NCBI GenBank assembly: GCA_964618765.1
Contig: CAZUDZ010000001.1
Coordinates: forward strand, 5,826 to 69,825
DNA length: 64,000 bases
Reading direction: 5' to 3'
DNA from: an uncultured Candidatus Saccharibacteria bacterium
Lineage (GTDB): Bacteria; Patescibacteriota; Dojkabacteria; SC72
Made by a program: the position numbers and the translations under genes. Position 1 is the first letter of the stretch. Every line of letters begins with the position of its first letter. Of this stretch, positions 9,683 through 18,431 are shown piece after piece. The notes under the pieces are model-generated. The model was not told where the DNA came from. It was given only the letters and a program-made list of their open reading frames with translations, and did no database searches.

Positions 9683-11449
9683 ATGGAAATAAATCTGTCT
9701 AGTAAAAGAAGTAAATTAATAATCCTTATTATATTTTTTGTTATCTTTGCAGGTACAGGGGGATATCTGTTATGGAGAGTTAATCAACCTGAGAGTGTAG
9801 CTCCAGAGGACAGTGAGGCAGGAGGAGGTGCAGGTGCTTGTTGTATAGAGGGGATAGGGTGTGTAGCAGGATATCGATGTGATATGAAAGCCTCGTGTAC
9901 AGCCACTGAGAAAGCCTACGTTGGAGGCTATGGCCCCCCATGCGGAACCTCAAACGGGAAGACAGTTAATTGTAGAAGCTATTTCTACTGTCAAAATCCT
10001 GGTACTAATACCTGCGAACCTGAAGACTCAGCTAATTTGGGTACATGTCAGCCTCTAAGCCCTGGAACTCCTCCTTCGGAGGGTGATTGTAAGGACGTTA
10101 AGTGTGAATGGCCTAAGGTACTAATGAGTGGGAGATTGGATGCTAGTCAAGATGTGTGTAGATGTGAGTTATGTACTGGTAAAGTTGCAAATAATCCATA
10201 TTCTTGTGGTGGTAATCCTCCTACTTGTACTCCAGGCTCATGTCCCTCAGGAACAGTCTCTTGTGGAGACTCTACGAATCATGAAAGTGGTAGCGATTGT
10301 AAAAAGAAAAGCTCAATATCCTGTGTTACCTACCATCCAGATTGTAATAATTCGACATATGTATATAGATACTGTAAGCCCATGTCATCTACACCTCCAC
10401 CTACAAATGTCTGTGATGGTGGTAATTGGACAGGAAAACCCTCTGGAACATATCCATACTGTTCTAACATAGCATACAAATTTGTTGCCAAAGATTCTGA
10501 TGGTGTTAAAAAATCCTCCATAGTAGTTAAATTAAATGACACGGTTAGGACTAATTTAACTAAAAGTACAATAAAAGAGGCTGACAAGGAAGTTGAGGTA
10601 AAGGAAACACTCAGTACCTCTTCTGATTGTCTTAAACCAGGGGAGTATACAATTAAAGCTTCTTGGGCAGACACAAAAGACAAAACAGGTCCTGAATGTT
10701 CTCTTACTGCATCATTTACTGTCTTGGAAGAAGAGAAAAATCCAGATTGGGATATTAGTAAAAAAGTTACTGAGGTTTGTATAGATGAGAATACGGAAAA
10801 CCCTAAATCGAAGTTGCAGTATGTGGTAACAATTACAAATAGTGGGGAAGGAGCGGGTAAAATTACATCCATAGTAGACACATTAGACAGTAAAGTTCTT
10901 GAAGGATATATTGATAGCATAAGTGCTAATGGGAAGTTTCAAGGTGGGACAATAGTATGGCCTGTAGTGGCAGGTGATCAGGAATTTAATCCTGGACAGT
11001 CGAAAACATACACATACTCATACGTTGTACCTAGTACTGCTTTCGGGGTTTACAATAATACAGTAAAAGCAACCCCTGCTGTTGGGAATACTTTGATAGC
11101 TAATGCCACTATCTCTGCTGATTGTGAGGTTTTAGAACCAGAGGAAGAACCTGTACCCGATGAGGAGATACCAGTAGCTGAGGAGAGAGATCTTCCAGAA
11201 AGTGGTATCTTTGATGATTCTCAAGCCTCCATATTACTAGGGGTTGGTTTACTTCTTCTAGGTTTTACATGGAGGATTCTTGGTAGGGGTATGTATGTAT
11301 CTATTGAATTGTTAGGTAGTGTACCCAAGAAGGTATCTATACATATGAAGGATATAAAGGAGGATATAAGGGGAAGACAAAGGATTAGACTTTTACAAAA
11401 AAGAGAACAAAATAGAAAGAAATTTGAAAAGAGAGTAGTAAAGGAGTAG
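9683..11449 (+). CDS. Surface protein: N-terminal signal-anchor, Cys-rich region with about 45 Cys, a DUF11-like repeat domain, and a C-terminal LPESG + TM + extended basic tail
   Basis: N-terminal hydrophobic helix KLIILIIFFVIFAGTGGYLLW. DUF11-like segment ISKKVTEVC...VVTITNSGEGAGKITSIVDTLD. LPESG at 11192-11206 followed by ILLGVGLLLLGF, WRILGRG and a 60-aa K/R-rich tail. It is a paralog of the next gene. Confidence 0.8.
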   Translation: MEINLSSKRSKLIILIIFFVIFAGTGGYLLWRVNQPESVAPEDSEAGGGAGACCIEGIGCVAGYRCDMKASCTATEKAYVGGYGPPCGTSNGKTVNCRSYFYCQNPGTNTCEPEDSANLGTCQPLSPGTPPSEGDCKDVKCEWPKVLMSGRLDASQDVCRCELCTGKVANNPYSCGGNPPTCTPGSCPSGTVSCGDSTNHESGSDCKKKSSISCVTYHPDCNNSTYVYRYCKPMSSTPPPTNVCDGGNWTGKPSGTYPYCSNIAYKFVAKDSDGVKKSSIVVKLNDTVRTNLTKSTIKEADKEVEVKETLSTSSDCLKPGEYTIKASWADTKDKTGPECSLTASFTVLEEEKNPDWDISKKVTEVCIDENTENPKSKLQYVVTITNSGEGAGKITSIVDTLDSKVLEGYIDSISANGKFQGGTIVWPVVAGDQEFNPGQSKTYTYSYVVPSTAFGVYNNTVKATPAVGNTLIANATISADCEVLEPEEEPVPDEEIPVAEERDLPESGIFDDSQASILLGVGLLLLGFTWRILGRGMYVSIELLGSVPKKVSIHMKDIKEDIRGRQRIRLLQKREQNRKKFEKRVVKE

Positions 11450-11512
11450 AAGTTTATTGATATTTTAATAGTTTGTTGGTAAATTGTTTAATATATCTGA
11501 ATTTATGTAAGT

Positions 11513-12943
11513 ATGAATATAAATCTGTCCACTAAGAAGAGTAAATTAATAATACTTGTTTCATTATTTGTAGTTTTTGTTATATCTGGAGGCTATCTTT
11601 TATGGAGAATAAATCAACCTGAGACGGTAGCTCCGGATTATACGGAAGCATCTTTTGACAAGGATTGTACGATATACGGCAGTTGTTATATCGTGATGGG
11701 AGATTGTGTAGGTACTTGTTCAGATAAAGAGACTTGGAGATATTGTGATTCTTGTGGGGGAGGAACGGATCCAAGTAGTTGCAATAATAGAGTTGCCAGC
11801 GATGTCGGGAAACCGGTTGGGACCAGATGTATTGGAAAGGGTTCGTACACATATGAATGTGGGGCTTGGTGCTACTTGTCTTCCAATGGACCAAGCTGTT
11901 GTAGCTCTCCAACACCCACATACACCCTCAAATATACTGCTAGTACTGGTGGTGAAATATCTGGAAGTGCTTCTCAATCTGTTAAGAAAGGTAATTCAGG
12001 CACTCCGGTAACAGCTGTGGCTAAGGCAGGATATACTTTTTCTAAATGGAGTGATGGTAAAACAGATGCCAGTAGAACAGATACAAATATACAAGGCAAC
12101 ATTACTGTTAATGCAGAATTTACTGCTAAACAGTACACAGTCACATACAAAGCAGATAGTAATGGGAGTCTAACAGGGAAAAAGAACCAAACAGTTAACC
12201 ATGGAGCTTCTACTACCTCTGTAACTGCTGTTCCTAACCCAACATACTTTTTTGCTGGCTGGAGTGATGGTGAATCTGTTAACCCTAGGCAAGACACTGA
12301 TGTTAAAAAGGACATTACAGTTACTGCAACCTTCTCTCTGTCTTGTGGTAATGGTACCTGTGAAGTAGATGAGAATGCACAGACTTGTCCATCTGATTGT
12401 AAAGCAAAATGTGGTGATGGTTACTGTACTCATGATGAAACCGTTTTAACTTGTCCAAAGGATTGTAAAGCAAAATGTGGTGATGGTTACTGTACCCACG
12501 ACGAAACCTCCGTAACCTGTCCAGAGGACTGCTCCGCCGAGTGTGGAGATGGTTACTGTGATCCTAAAACAGAGACAGCTGCCAACTGCCCAGCAGACTG
12601 TGCTTCTAACTGTGGTGATGGTGCTTGTACACACGACGAAACATCTGCAACCTGTCCAGAGGACTGTGGTCCTGGAGTAGCAGTAGTACCTGAAACAGGC
12701 ATATTTGATGATGTACAAGATTCTGTCCTAGTAGGATTCGTATTACTCTTCCTCGGCTTTACATGGAGGATTCTAGGTAGGGGAATCTATATCTCCGTAT
12801 CCTTCCTAGGAACATTGCCTAGAAAGCTAACCATACAGTTTAAAGATGTAAAAGAAGATGTAAGAGCAAGACAAAGGATTAGACTTTTACAAAAAAGAGA
12901 ACAAAACAGAAAGAAATTTGAAAAGAAGGTAGTAAAAGATTAA
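11513..12943 (+). CDS. Surface protein paralog: the same N- and C-terminal modules, with a Cys-rich region, two Listeria/Bacteroides-type (InlB B-repeat-like) domains and five 22-aa Cys-rich repeats
   Basis: The N-terminus aligns with the previous gene (MNINLSTKKSKLIILVS...GGYLLWRINQPETVAPD). It has GYTFSKWSDG and TYFFAGWSDG repeat motifs, a CGDGYCTHDETxxTCPxDC unit five times, then VPETG at 12687-12701 followed by TM and a near-identical basic tail. Confidence 0.8.
   Translation: MNINLSTKKSKLIILVSLFVVFVISGGYLLWRINQPETVAPDYTEASFDKDCTIYGSCYIVMGDCVGTCSDKETWRYCDSCGGGTDPSSCNNRVASDVGKPVGTRCIGKGSYTYECGAWCYLSSNGPSCCSSPTPTYTLKYTASTGGEISGSASQSVKKGNSGTPVTAVAKAGYTFSKWSDGKTDASRTDTNIQGNITVNAEFTAKQYTVTYKADSNGSLTGKKNQTVNHGASTTSVTAVPNPTYFFAGWSDGESVNPRQDTDVKKDITVTATFSLSCGNGTCEVDENAQTCPSDCKAKCGDGYCTHDETVLTCPKDCKAKCGDGYCTHDETSVTCPEDCSAECGDGYCDPKTETAANCPADCASNCGDGACTHDETSATCPEDCGPGVAVVPETGIFDDVQDSVLVGFVLLFLGFTWRILGRGIYISVSFLGTLPRKLTIQFKDVKEDVRARQRIRLLQKREQNRKKFEKKVVKD
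12344..12675 (+). repeat. Tandem 66-nt coding repeat, 5 copies, encoding a 22-aa Cys-rich unit (CGDGxC-THDET-x-TCP-x-DC)
   Basis: tgtggtgatggttactgtac(t/c)ca(t/c)ga(t/c)gaaac... recurs head-to-tail. Copies 2 and 3 are nearly identical at the nucleotide level. Confidence 0.8.
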
Positions 12944-12990
12944 TAGTATGTGATATAATCAGCTCGCTATACTTAATTAAAACATACAAC

Positions 12991-13191
12991 ATGGCTGTAA
13001 TAGTACATTCTAACGAAAACATAGACAGTGCACTCAAAAGACTTCACAGGGAAGTCCTAAGGGAGAAGATACTGGAAACATACAGATCTAAACAGTACAG
13101 AGTTACCAAATCTGAAGAAGAAATTCAGAAAAGAAGAGAGTGGGCTAAGATGAAAAGAAGAAGAAGAAGTGCAGCTCGAAGAGCTAAGTAA
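12991..13191 (+). CDS. rpsU: 30S ribosomal protein S21
   Basis: 66 aa, matching the S21 profile (ALKRLHREV...YRSKQYRV) with a basic C-terminus. Confidence 0.85.
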   Translation: MAVIVHSNENIDSALKRLHREVLREKILETYRSKQYRVTKSEEEIQKRREWAKMKRRRRSAARRAK

Positions 13192-13209
13192 ATTTTCACA
13201 AAGTAATCA

Positions 13210-13653
13210 ATGTCTTTACTAGATACCCTAAGAAAAGATATGTTTGAGGCATCTAAAGAAGGTCTGAGGGAGAAGTCGGACATACTTAAGATGGCTTTAG
13301 CTTCTGTAAAGAATGCACAGATAGAGGTGGAGGAACAGTTAACTAATCAAGAGGTTGAGAAAATTCTTAACAAGGAAGTTAAGAAGATAAAAGATTCCAT
13401 AGAACAGTTTGAGAAAATGGGCAGGAATGACCTTGTTGCAAGAGAAGAAATACAGCTGGGGGTATTACAATCATATCTACCAAAACCTTTAAGTGAAGAT
13501 GAAGTAAAGAAAGTTGTAGAGGAGAAAATAGCTCAGACAAAGGCAGAGGGTATGAGTGATATGGGGAAGGTAATGGGAGCTGTAATGAAAGAATTAGAGG
13601 GCAAAACAGATGGAAATACAGTAAAGAATATAGTCCATCAGTTACTCAGCTAG
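13210..13653 (+). CDS. GatB/YqeY domain protein
   Basis: N-terminus MSLLDTLRKDM...ILKMALASVKNAQIE is typical of the YqeY family, which is often found next to rpsU. Confidence 0.75.
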   Translation: MSLLDTLRKDMFEASKEGLREKSDILKMALASVKNAQIEVEEQLTNQEVEKILNKEVKKIKDSIEQFEKMGRNDLVAREEIQLGVLQSYLPKPLSEDEVKKVVEEKIAQTKAEGMSDMGKVMGAVMKELEGKTDGNTVKNIVHQLLS

Positions 13654-13654
13654 T

Positions 13655-14125
13655 ATGGAATTAAATATCTACAATTGGCAAACATTAAAAAGACATTTTC
13701 CTCAGATTACTTTTTTAAAAAAAGATTTGCATAAAACCCTTTTTAAGCAAATATCTCAATACGATCTAAAGACACTCAAGAGCATTGGGAGAATAGATGT
13801 AATCAATATTGTTTTTGTTCCTCTCAAGGAGATTAAGCAATTAAACAAAGATTTTAGAAAAAAAGATGAGGTAACAGATGTTCTCTCCTTCATACTAGAA
13901 GAAAATCCTCTGATTGGTGAGATATATATTTGTCCTGAGTGTATAGCTAGGGAATATGACCATACAGAGATCCTCAGAGACATTGTACACGGCTTCTTAC
14001 ATCTTTTAGGGTATGAACACAGTAAGCATTTTACTGGAGCTGTAAAATCAAGAGAGAAGATGTTTGTAAAACAAGAGGATATGTTGCAAAATATATTACA
14101 TGAAATTAATAACAGGGCTAGGTAA
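13655..14125 (+). CDS. ybeY: Endoribonuclease YbeY
   Basis: HGFLHLLGYEH zinc-binding motif, matching the YbeY HGxLHLxGYDH. Confidence 0.85.
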   Translation: MELNIYNWQTLKRHFPQITFLKKDLHKTLFKQISQYDLKTLKSIGRIDVINIVFVPLKEIKQLNKDFRKKDEVTDVLSFILEENPLIGEIYICPECIAREYDHTEILRDIVHGFLHLLGYEHSKHFTGAVKSREKMFVKQEDMLQNILHEINNRAR

Positions 14126-14663
14126 TCCAGGAGAAAAATATTCAGAAACCAGGCATAATGTAGGTTTCCTTTTCTTAGATACTTTAAGAGAGAAATTCCT
14201 GTATCAAAGAGATATCTCTGCAACAGATTGGAAAAAGGAGAAAACCTTCTCTTCTGAAATATGTTTTTTAAAAGAAGGAAGTAAGGTTTTAGCGATGTTA
14301 CAAAAGCCCATGACATATATGAACAGGTCAGGAGAAGCTGTAAGTAAGGTGGTTAGGAAATATGAGATAGAGGATCTAGGTAACGATTTTATTCTCGTAC
14401 ATGATGATTTAGATATCCCTCTAGGGAAATTTAAAATTCAGAAAGGTAAATCTCCCTTTGGCCACAACGGTGTTAGAAGTGTAGAGGAGAGATTGAAGGG
14501 AGATGAATTTAAAAGAGTGAGAATTGGTATAGAGGGTAGGGACAATATGAATATTCCTGGGGAGGATTATGTTTTAATGAGATTTACTAGCTCCGAAAAG
14601 GAGATAGTAGATGAAGTTGTGCAAGATGCAGTAAGGGGTATATTGGCAGATATCCTAATCTAA
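14100..14663 (+). CDS. pth: Peptidyl-tRNA hydrolase
   Basis: N-terminal MKLITGLGNPGEKYSETRHNVGF and the Pth core. It overlaps ybeY by 26 nt. Confidence 0.9.
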   Translation: MKLITGLGNPGEKYSETRHNVGFLFLDTLREKFLYQRDISATDWKKEKTFSSEICFLKEGSKVLAMLQKPMTYMNRSGEAVSKVVRKYEIEDLGNDFILVHDDLDIPLGKFKIQKGKSPFGHNGVRSVEERLKGDEFKRVRIGIEGRDNMNIPGEDYVLMRFTSSEKEIVDEVVQDAVRGILADILI

Positions 14664-15896
14664 CTATTTCTGCATATATATTTTCTCTGTCTTGTTCCCA
14701 TAATACTCTCTTAAATACCTGTAGGAGTGCATAGATATGCTCTCATCTGTATCTAATACAGACGCTAAATAATTACCCTCCAAGGTAACCCCAAGATTAA
14801 GAATCTTCTCCTCTTTTACAAAAAATATCTTCCCAGGCGCTAGGTTTACATTTGCATCTAAATTTAATTCGATCAGTTGCTCCTCCTCTTGTAAATATTC
14901 AAAGAGGAGTGTGGGGTAATCATAATCAGTGTAAAAGTATGACTTAAATCCATACTTCTTGTTATGATAATCCCTTAGTACAGGGTCAATGGGTAAATGA
15001 ATATCATAGTAAGATTGTGCAATTAATCTGTAGGAGTCAAATCCTCCATAGAAATCTTTGACTTTAGCAAAAACATCCTTACTGTGATTGTTTGTCCACT
15101 TTCCACTATTAACAATATTTAAAGTTGCATCTAATACATTTCCGTGATCAGCTTTCTCAATATTACTCTTTCCAGTATTACCAATATCCATATCCAGCTT
15201 GTCAGAGATACCGTCATAATCAATATCATAGTTAACCTTGCCATCAGAGCCATACATCCTTGTACTATTATACGTATTCAAGGAGAGATACATGGAAAGT
15301 GGTAAATATATTACGGAAAGTGTAATTAAAGTCTTTAGTAGTATAGAGACACATCTGTTTCTCTTAAAATACTTCTTGTATACAGCAAGAAGGAATATAA
15401 ACACGAGAAGGAACTCTAATGCAAGAGCTGTTGTGAACAGAAATCCTACAAAGAGGTTTGATTCTAAAATATTTCGAAGAAGAAAAATCCGAACATTTGA
15501 GATTGGGTAGAGTAGCATAATACTTTCCACTAAAAAGTCAGCGATTAAATGGAAAAGGGTTGAAATGAGAAAGGTGTTTGCTAGTATGTTTAAGAGTCTT
15601 TTGTCTAAGACTTCTCCTGTTTTTCTGTTAAATAGTTTCTCTGTAAAAGAAATAGAGATTTTAAGAAATATCCAGATTACAATGTAGAAGATGGGAGTGT
15701 GAGTTATGATATCGTGATGTATAAAGCGAGGAACATTAAGCATTGAAAGAACTAATATATCGAAATCAGGTAAGATTCCAAAGAAAAGACTTAATAGGGC
15801 TACTAATATTTGTTCACTCATTTTAAGCTGTCTGATTTTCTTGTTCTGTATCGCCTCATTCGCTAGATACGATATTGGTCCGTGTGCTATATACAT
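14664..15896 (-). CDS. Polytopic membrane protein with a C-terminal extracytoplasmic domain; the N-terminal part resembles membrane-bound metal-dependent hydrolases (DUF457-like)
   Basis: Several hydrophobic helices in the first ~200 aa with a His-rich segment (RFIHHDIITHTPIF), followed by a ~200-aa hydrophilic domain. Confidence 0.55.
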   Translation of the reverse strand: MYIAHGPISYLANEAIQNKKIRQLKMSEQILVALLSLFFGILPDFDILVLSMLNVPRFIHHDIITHTPIFYIVIWIFLKISISFTEKLFNRKTGEVLDKRLLNILANTFLISTLFHLIADFLVESIMLLYPISNVRIFLLRNILESNLFVGFLFTTALALEFLLVFIFLLAVYKKYFKRNRCVSILLKTLITLSVIYLPLSMYLSLNTYNSTRMYGSDGKVNYDIDYDGISDKLDMDIGNTGKSNIEKADHGNVLDATLNIVNSGKWTNNHSKDVFAKVKDFYGGFDSYRLIAQSYYDIHLPIDPVLRDYHNKKYGFKSYFYTDYDYPTLLFEYLQEEEQLIELNLDANVNLAPGKIFFVKEEKILNLGVTLEGNYLASVLDTDESISMHSYRYLREYYGNKTEKIYMQK

Positions 15897-15963
15897 ATGT
15901 GTTTAGCTTTCAAATTAACCTTCAACATTATACATATTTTGTTAGTATTGATAAAATAGCCAT

Positions 15964-18390
15964 GTGCAAAAAGAAAATATTAAAAAGAACATGTTAGAGA
16001 TTCTGGCCAAAAGATACGAACCGTTAAAGGAAGAGATTCTCTCCACCCAAAATATCTCAGGAGTTGACTACGGTTTCTACGAATTAGCATGTGAGATATT
16101 GGGAATATTACTTGGTAATGTAGTATGGCTCTCTACACAGCAAGATACCCAGGGGAATGTAAAAGAAGAGAGTGTACAGGTGAGGAAAGGGAATCCGTTC
16201 AATATTGATTCCTTCCTTAAACTCGGATACGAGAGGGTGGAAAGAGTATGGAATGAAGGAGAAATTTCTGTACTTGGGGATGTAATCATAATATGGCCAT
16301 TTAGTATGAAGAATCTAGTAAGAGTAAGTCTCTTTGGTAAGGAAATAGAGAGCATCTTTGTGATTGATGCAGAAAGTAGGAAAAAGATAAAAGAGATAGA
16401 TGAAAGGATATTCCTCGGAATAAACAGTAAGCTTTTAGTTGGAAATGAGGAGTCTTCTGGGAGTGTTAAGATAAATTTAGTTAGTAATCTTACTGACGAT
16501 ATTGACAAGATAGATCTAGGTATTAGAAGTATCCCTAATATAGAGGAGTATACATCTAGGAAAGCTGTGCTAGAGATAGTAAATAATTACAAGAGTAGAG
16601 GATATAACATTTGGTATCTAACAAGTAGTTTAGATAAGTACGAATTGGAAGTTGGTAAGAGTATGAGAGAGGTAATAGATAGGGTATTTGCAGTTAAAAA
16701 CAGTATTGAAAGAGATATTCAGAGAGGTTTTGTATCGAGTGTTACCAAAGTTTTACTTCTGACAGATCTAGAGGTTCTAGGACAGTTAGATCTATCCATC
16801 TATGAGAAAAGAAACATTAATATCGATCCAAGTAGTGTTGAGATATTAAAGAAAATAGTCCCAGGAGAGTACATAGTGCATGAGGATCACGGTATTGGTA
16901 AGTTTGTTAAAGTAATCAGAAAAGAGCATGGCCCGTACATTGAGATAGCATACGCAGGAAAAGATAAACTGTATGTACCTCTTTCTGCTTCGGAGAAACT
17001 AACTAAATATATCGGGACTGGAAAGAAAAAACCGATATTAACAGGATTAAATAGTGGAGTCTGGAAGAGGATATCACAAAGAGCGAAGAAAGAAGCAGAA
17101 GATATTGCGAAAGAGTTACTTCAGCTATATGCCCTTAGGGCAAGTGCTAAATCTGACATAGTAATTGATTCTGGAGAATCTCTCGAAGAGTTAAAACTTT
17201 TCACAGATCAATTTGAATTTAAAGATACAGATGATCAGTTACTTGCTACAAAGAATATAGTAGATGATCTACAACGCTCTAAACCCATGGATAGACTTCT
17301 AGTAGGAGATGTAGGGTATGGGAAGACCGAGATTGCTGCAAGGGCAGTATTTGCAATAGTGAATGCAGGGTATCAGGTAGCAATTCTTGCTCCTACTACC
17401 ATATTAGTAAATCAGCATTTGAATGTCTTTAAAGAAAGGTTTAAGCAATATCCTGTAAATATTTCATCTCTGTCTAGGTTCTCTTCCTTAAAGGAGAAAG
17501 AAAGGGTTAAAAATGGTTTGAGAAGAGGGACAGTGGATATTGTCATAGGAACACATGCTCTCTTTGGGAAAGAGATCTCTTTCAAAAGGCTTGGTCTTTT
17601 AGTTATAGATGAGGAGCAAAAATTTGGAGTTAAACAGAAAGAAACTATTAAAAAGAAAAGAGTTGATACCCATATTCTTTCTTTAACAGCAACTCCAATT
17701 CCAAGAACCTTAAATATGGCACTCTCTGGTATTAGAGATATTTCTGTTCTAGCAACTCCTCCTGAGGGACGAAAGGAGGTGATTAATCACTTCGAAAGAT
17801 TTAGTTGGGAAAGTGTCTCTACTTCCATCTCACAGGAGTTAAAGAGGGGAGGGCAGGTATATTTCTTACATAACAGAGTAGAAACGATACAAGATATATA
17901 CAACAAGTTGACTACAATGTTTCCTCATGCAGTAGTAGGTATTGCCCATGGTCAAATGAGTGTTCAAAAATTGTCTAGTACAATGGATGCTTTTGTGAGG
18001 GGGGATATAGATATTTTAGTGTGTACTACTATCATTGAAAATGGACTCGATATACCTACCGTTAACACACTAATCATACAGGATGCCACCATGTTAGGAC
18101 TCTCTCAAATGTATCAAATCAGAGGTAGAATAGGGAGGTCATATACTCAGGCACATGCATACTTTTTCTTTGATAATCTCAAAGGAGATGCTCAGTTAAG
18201 ATTGGAGGCAATCAAAGAGTCTCAGGAATTGGGATCAGGTTTTTTGCTCTCAAACAAGGATTTAGAGATAAGGGGAGCTGGGGATATTTTAGGGAAAAAT
18301 CAATCAGGTACAATAAATTCCGTGGGGTACGGTCTGTATTCTCAAATGCTTGCAGATGCTGTAGAGAAACTCAAAAATCTGGGTAAATAA
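15964..18390 (+). CDS. mfd: Transcription-repair coupling factor Mfd, compact 808-aa form
   Basis: TRCF/CarD-like IVHEDHGIGKF, SF2 helicase motifs GDVGYGKTEIA, ILAPTTILVNQH and DEEQKFGV, and the RecG-like C-terminal half. It is shorter than the ~1150-aa canonical Mfd. Confidence 0.85.
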   Translation: MQKENIKKNMLEILAKRYEPLKEEILSTQNISGVDYGFYELACEILGILLGNVVWLSTQQDTQGNVKEESVQVRKGNPFNIDSFLKLGYERVERVWNEGEISVLGDVIIIWPFSMKNLVRVSLFGKEIESIFVIDAESRKKIKEIDERIFLGINSKLLVGNEESSGSVKINLVSNLTDDIDKIDLGIRSIPNIEEYTSRKAVLEIVNNYKSRGYNIWYLTSSLDKYELEVGKSMREVIDRVFAVKNSIERDIQRGFVSSVTKVLLLTDLEVLGQLDLSIYEKRNINIDPSSVEILKKIVPGEYIVHEDHGIGKFVKVIRKEHGPYIEIAYAGKDKLYVPLSASEKLTKYIGTGKKKPILTGLNSGVWKRISQRAKKEAEDIAKELLQLYALRASAKSDIVIDSGESLEELKLFTDQFEFKDTDDQLLATKNIVDDLQRSKPMDRLLVGDVGYGKTEIAARAVFAIVNAGYQVAILAPTTILVNQHLNVFKERFKQYPVNISSLSRFSSLKEKERVKNGLRRGTVDIVIGTHALFGKEISFKRLGLLVIDEEQKFGVKQKETIKKKRVDTHILSLTATPIPRTLNMALSGIRDISVLATPPEGRKEVINHFERFSWESVSTSISQELKRGGQVYFLHNRVETIQDIYNKLTTMFPHAVVGIAHGQMSVQKLSSTMDAFVRGDIDILVCTTIIENGLDIPTVNTLIIQDATMLGLSQMYQIRGRIGRSYTQAHAYFFFDNLKGDAQLRLEAIKESQELGSGFLLSNKDLEIRGAGDILGKNQSGTINSVGYGLYSQMLADAVEKLKNLGK

Positions 18391-18431
18391 TTTTCACTTG
18401 GCAAAGCATAGACTTTGTTCTAGTATGTACC

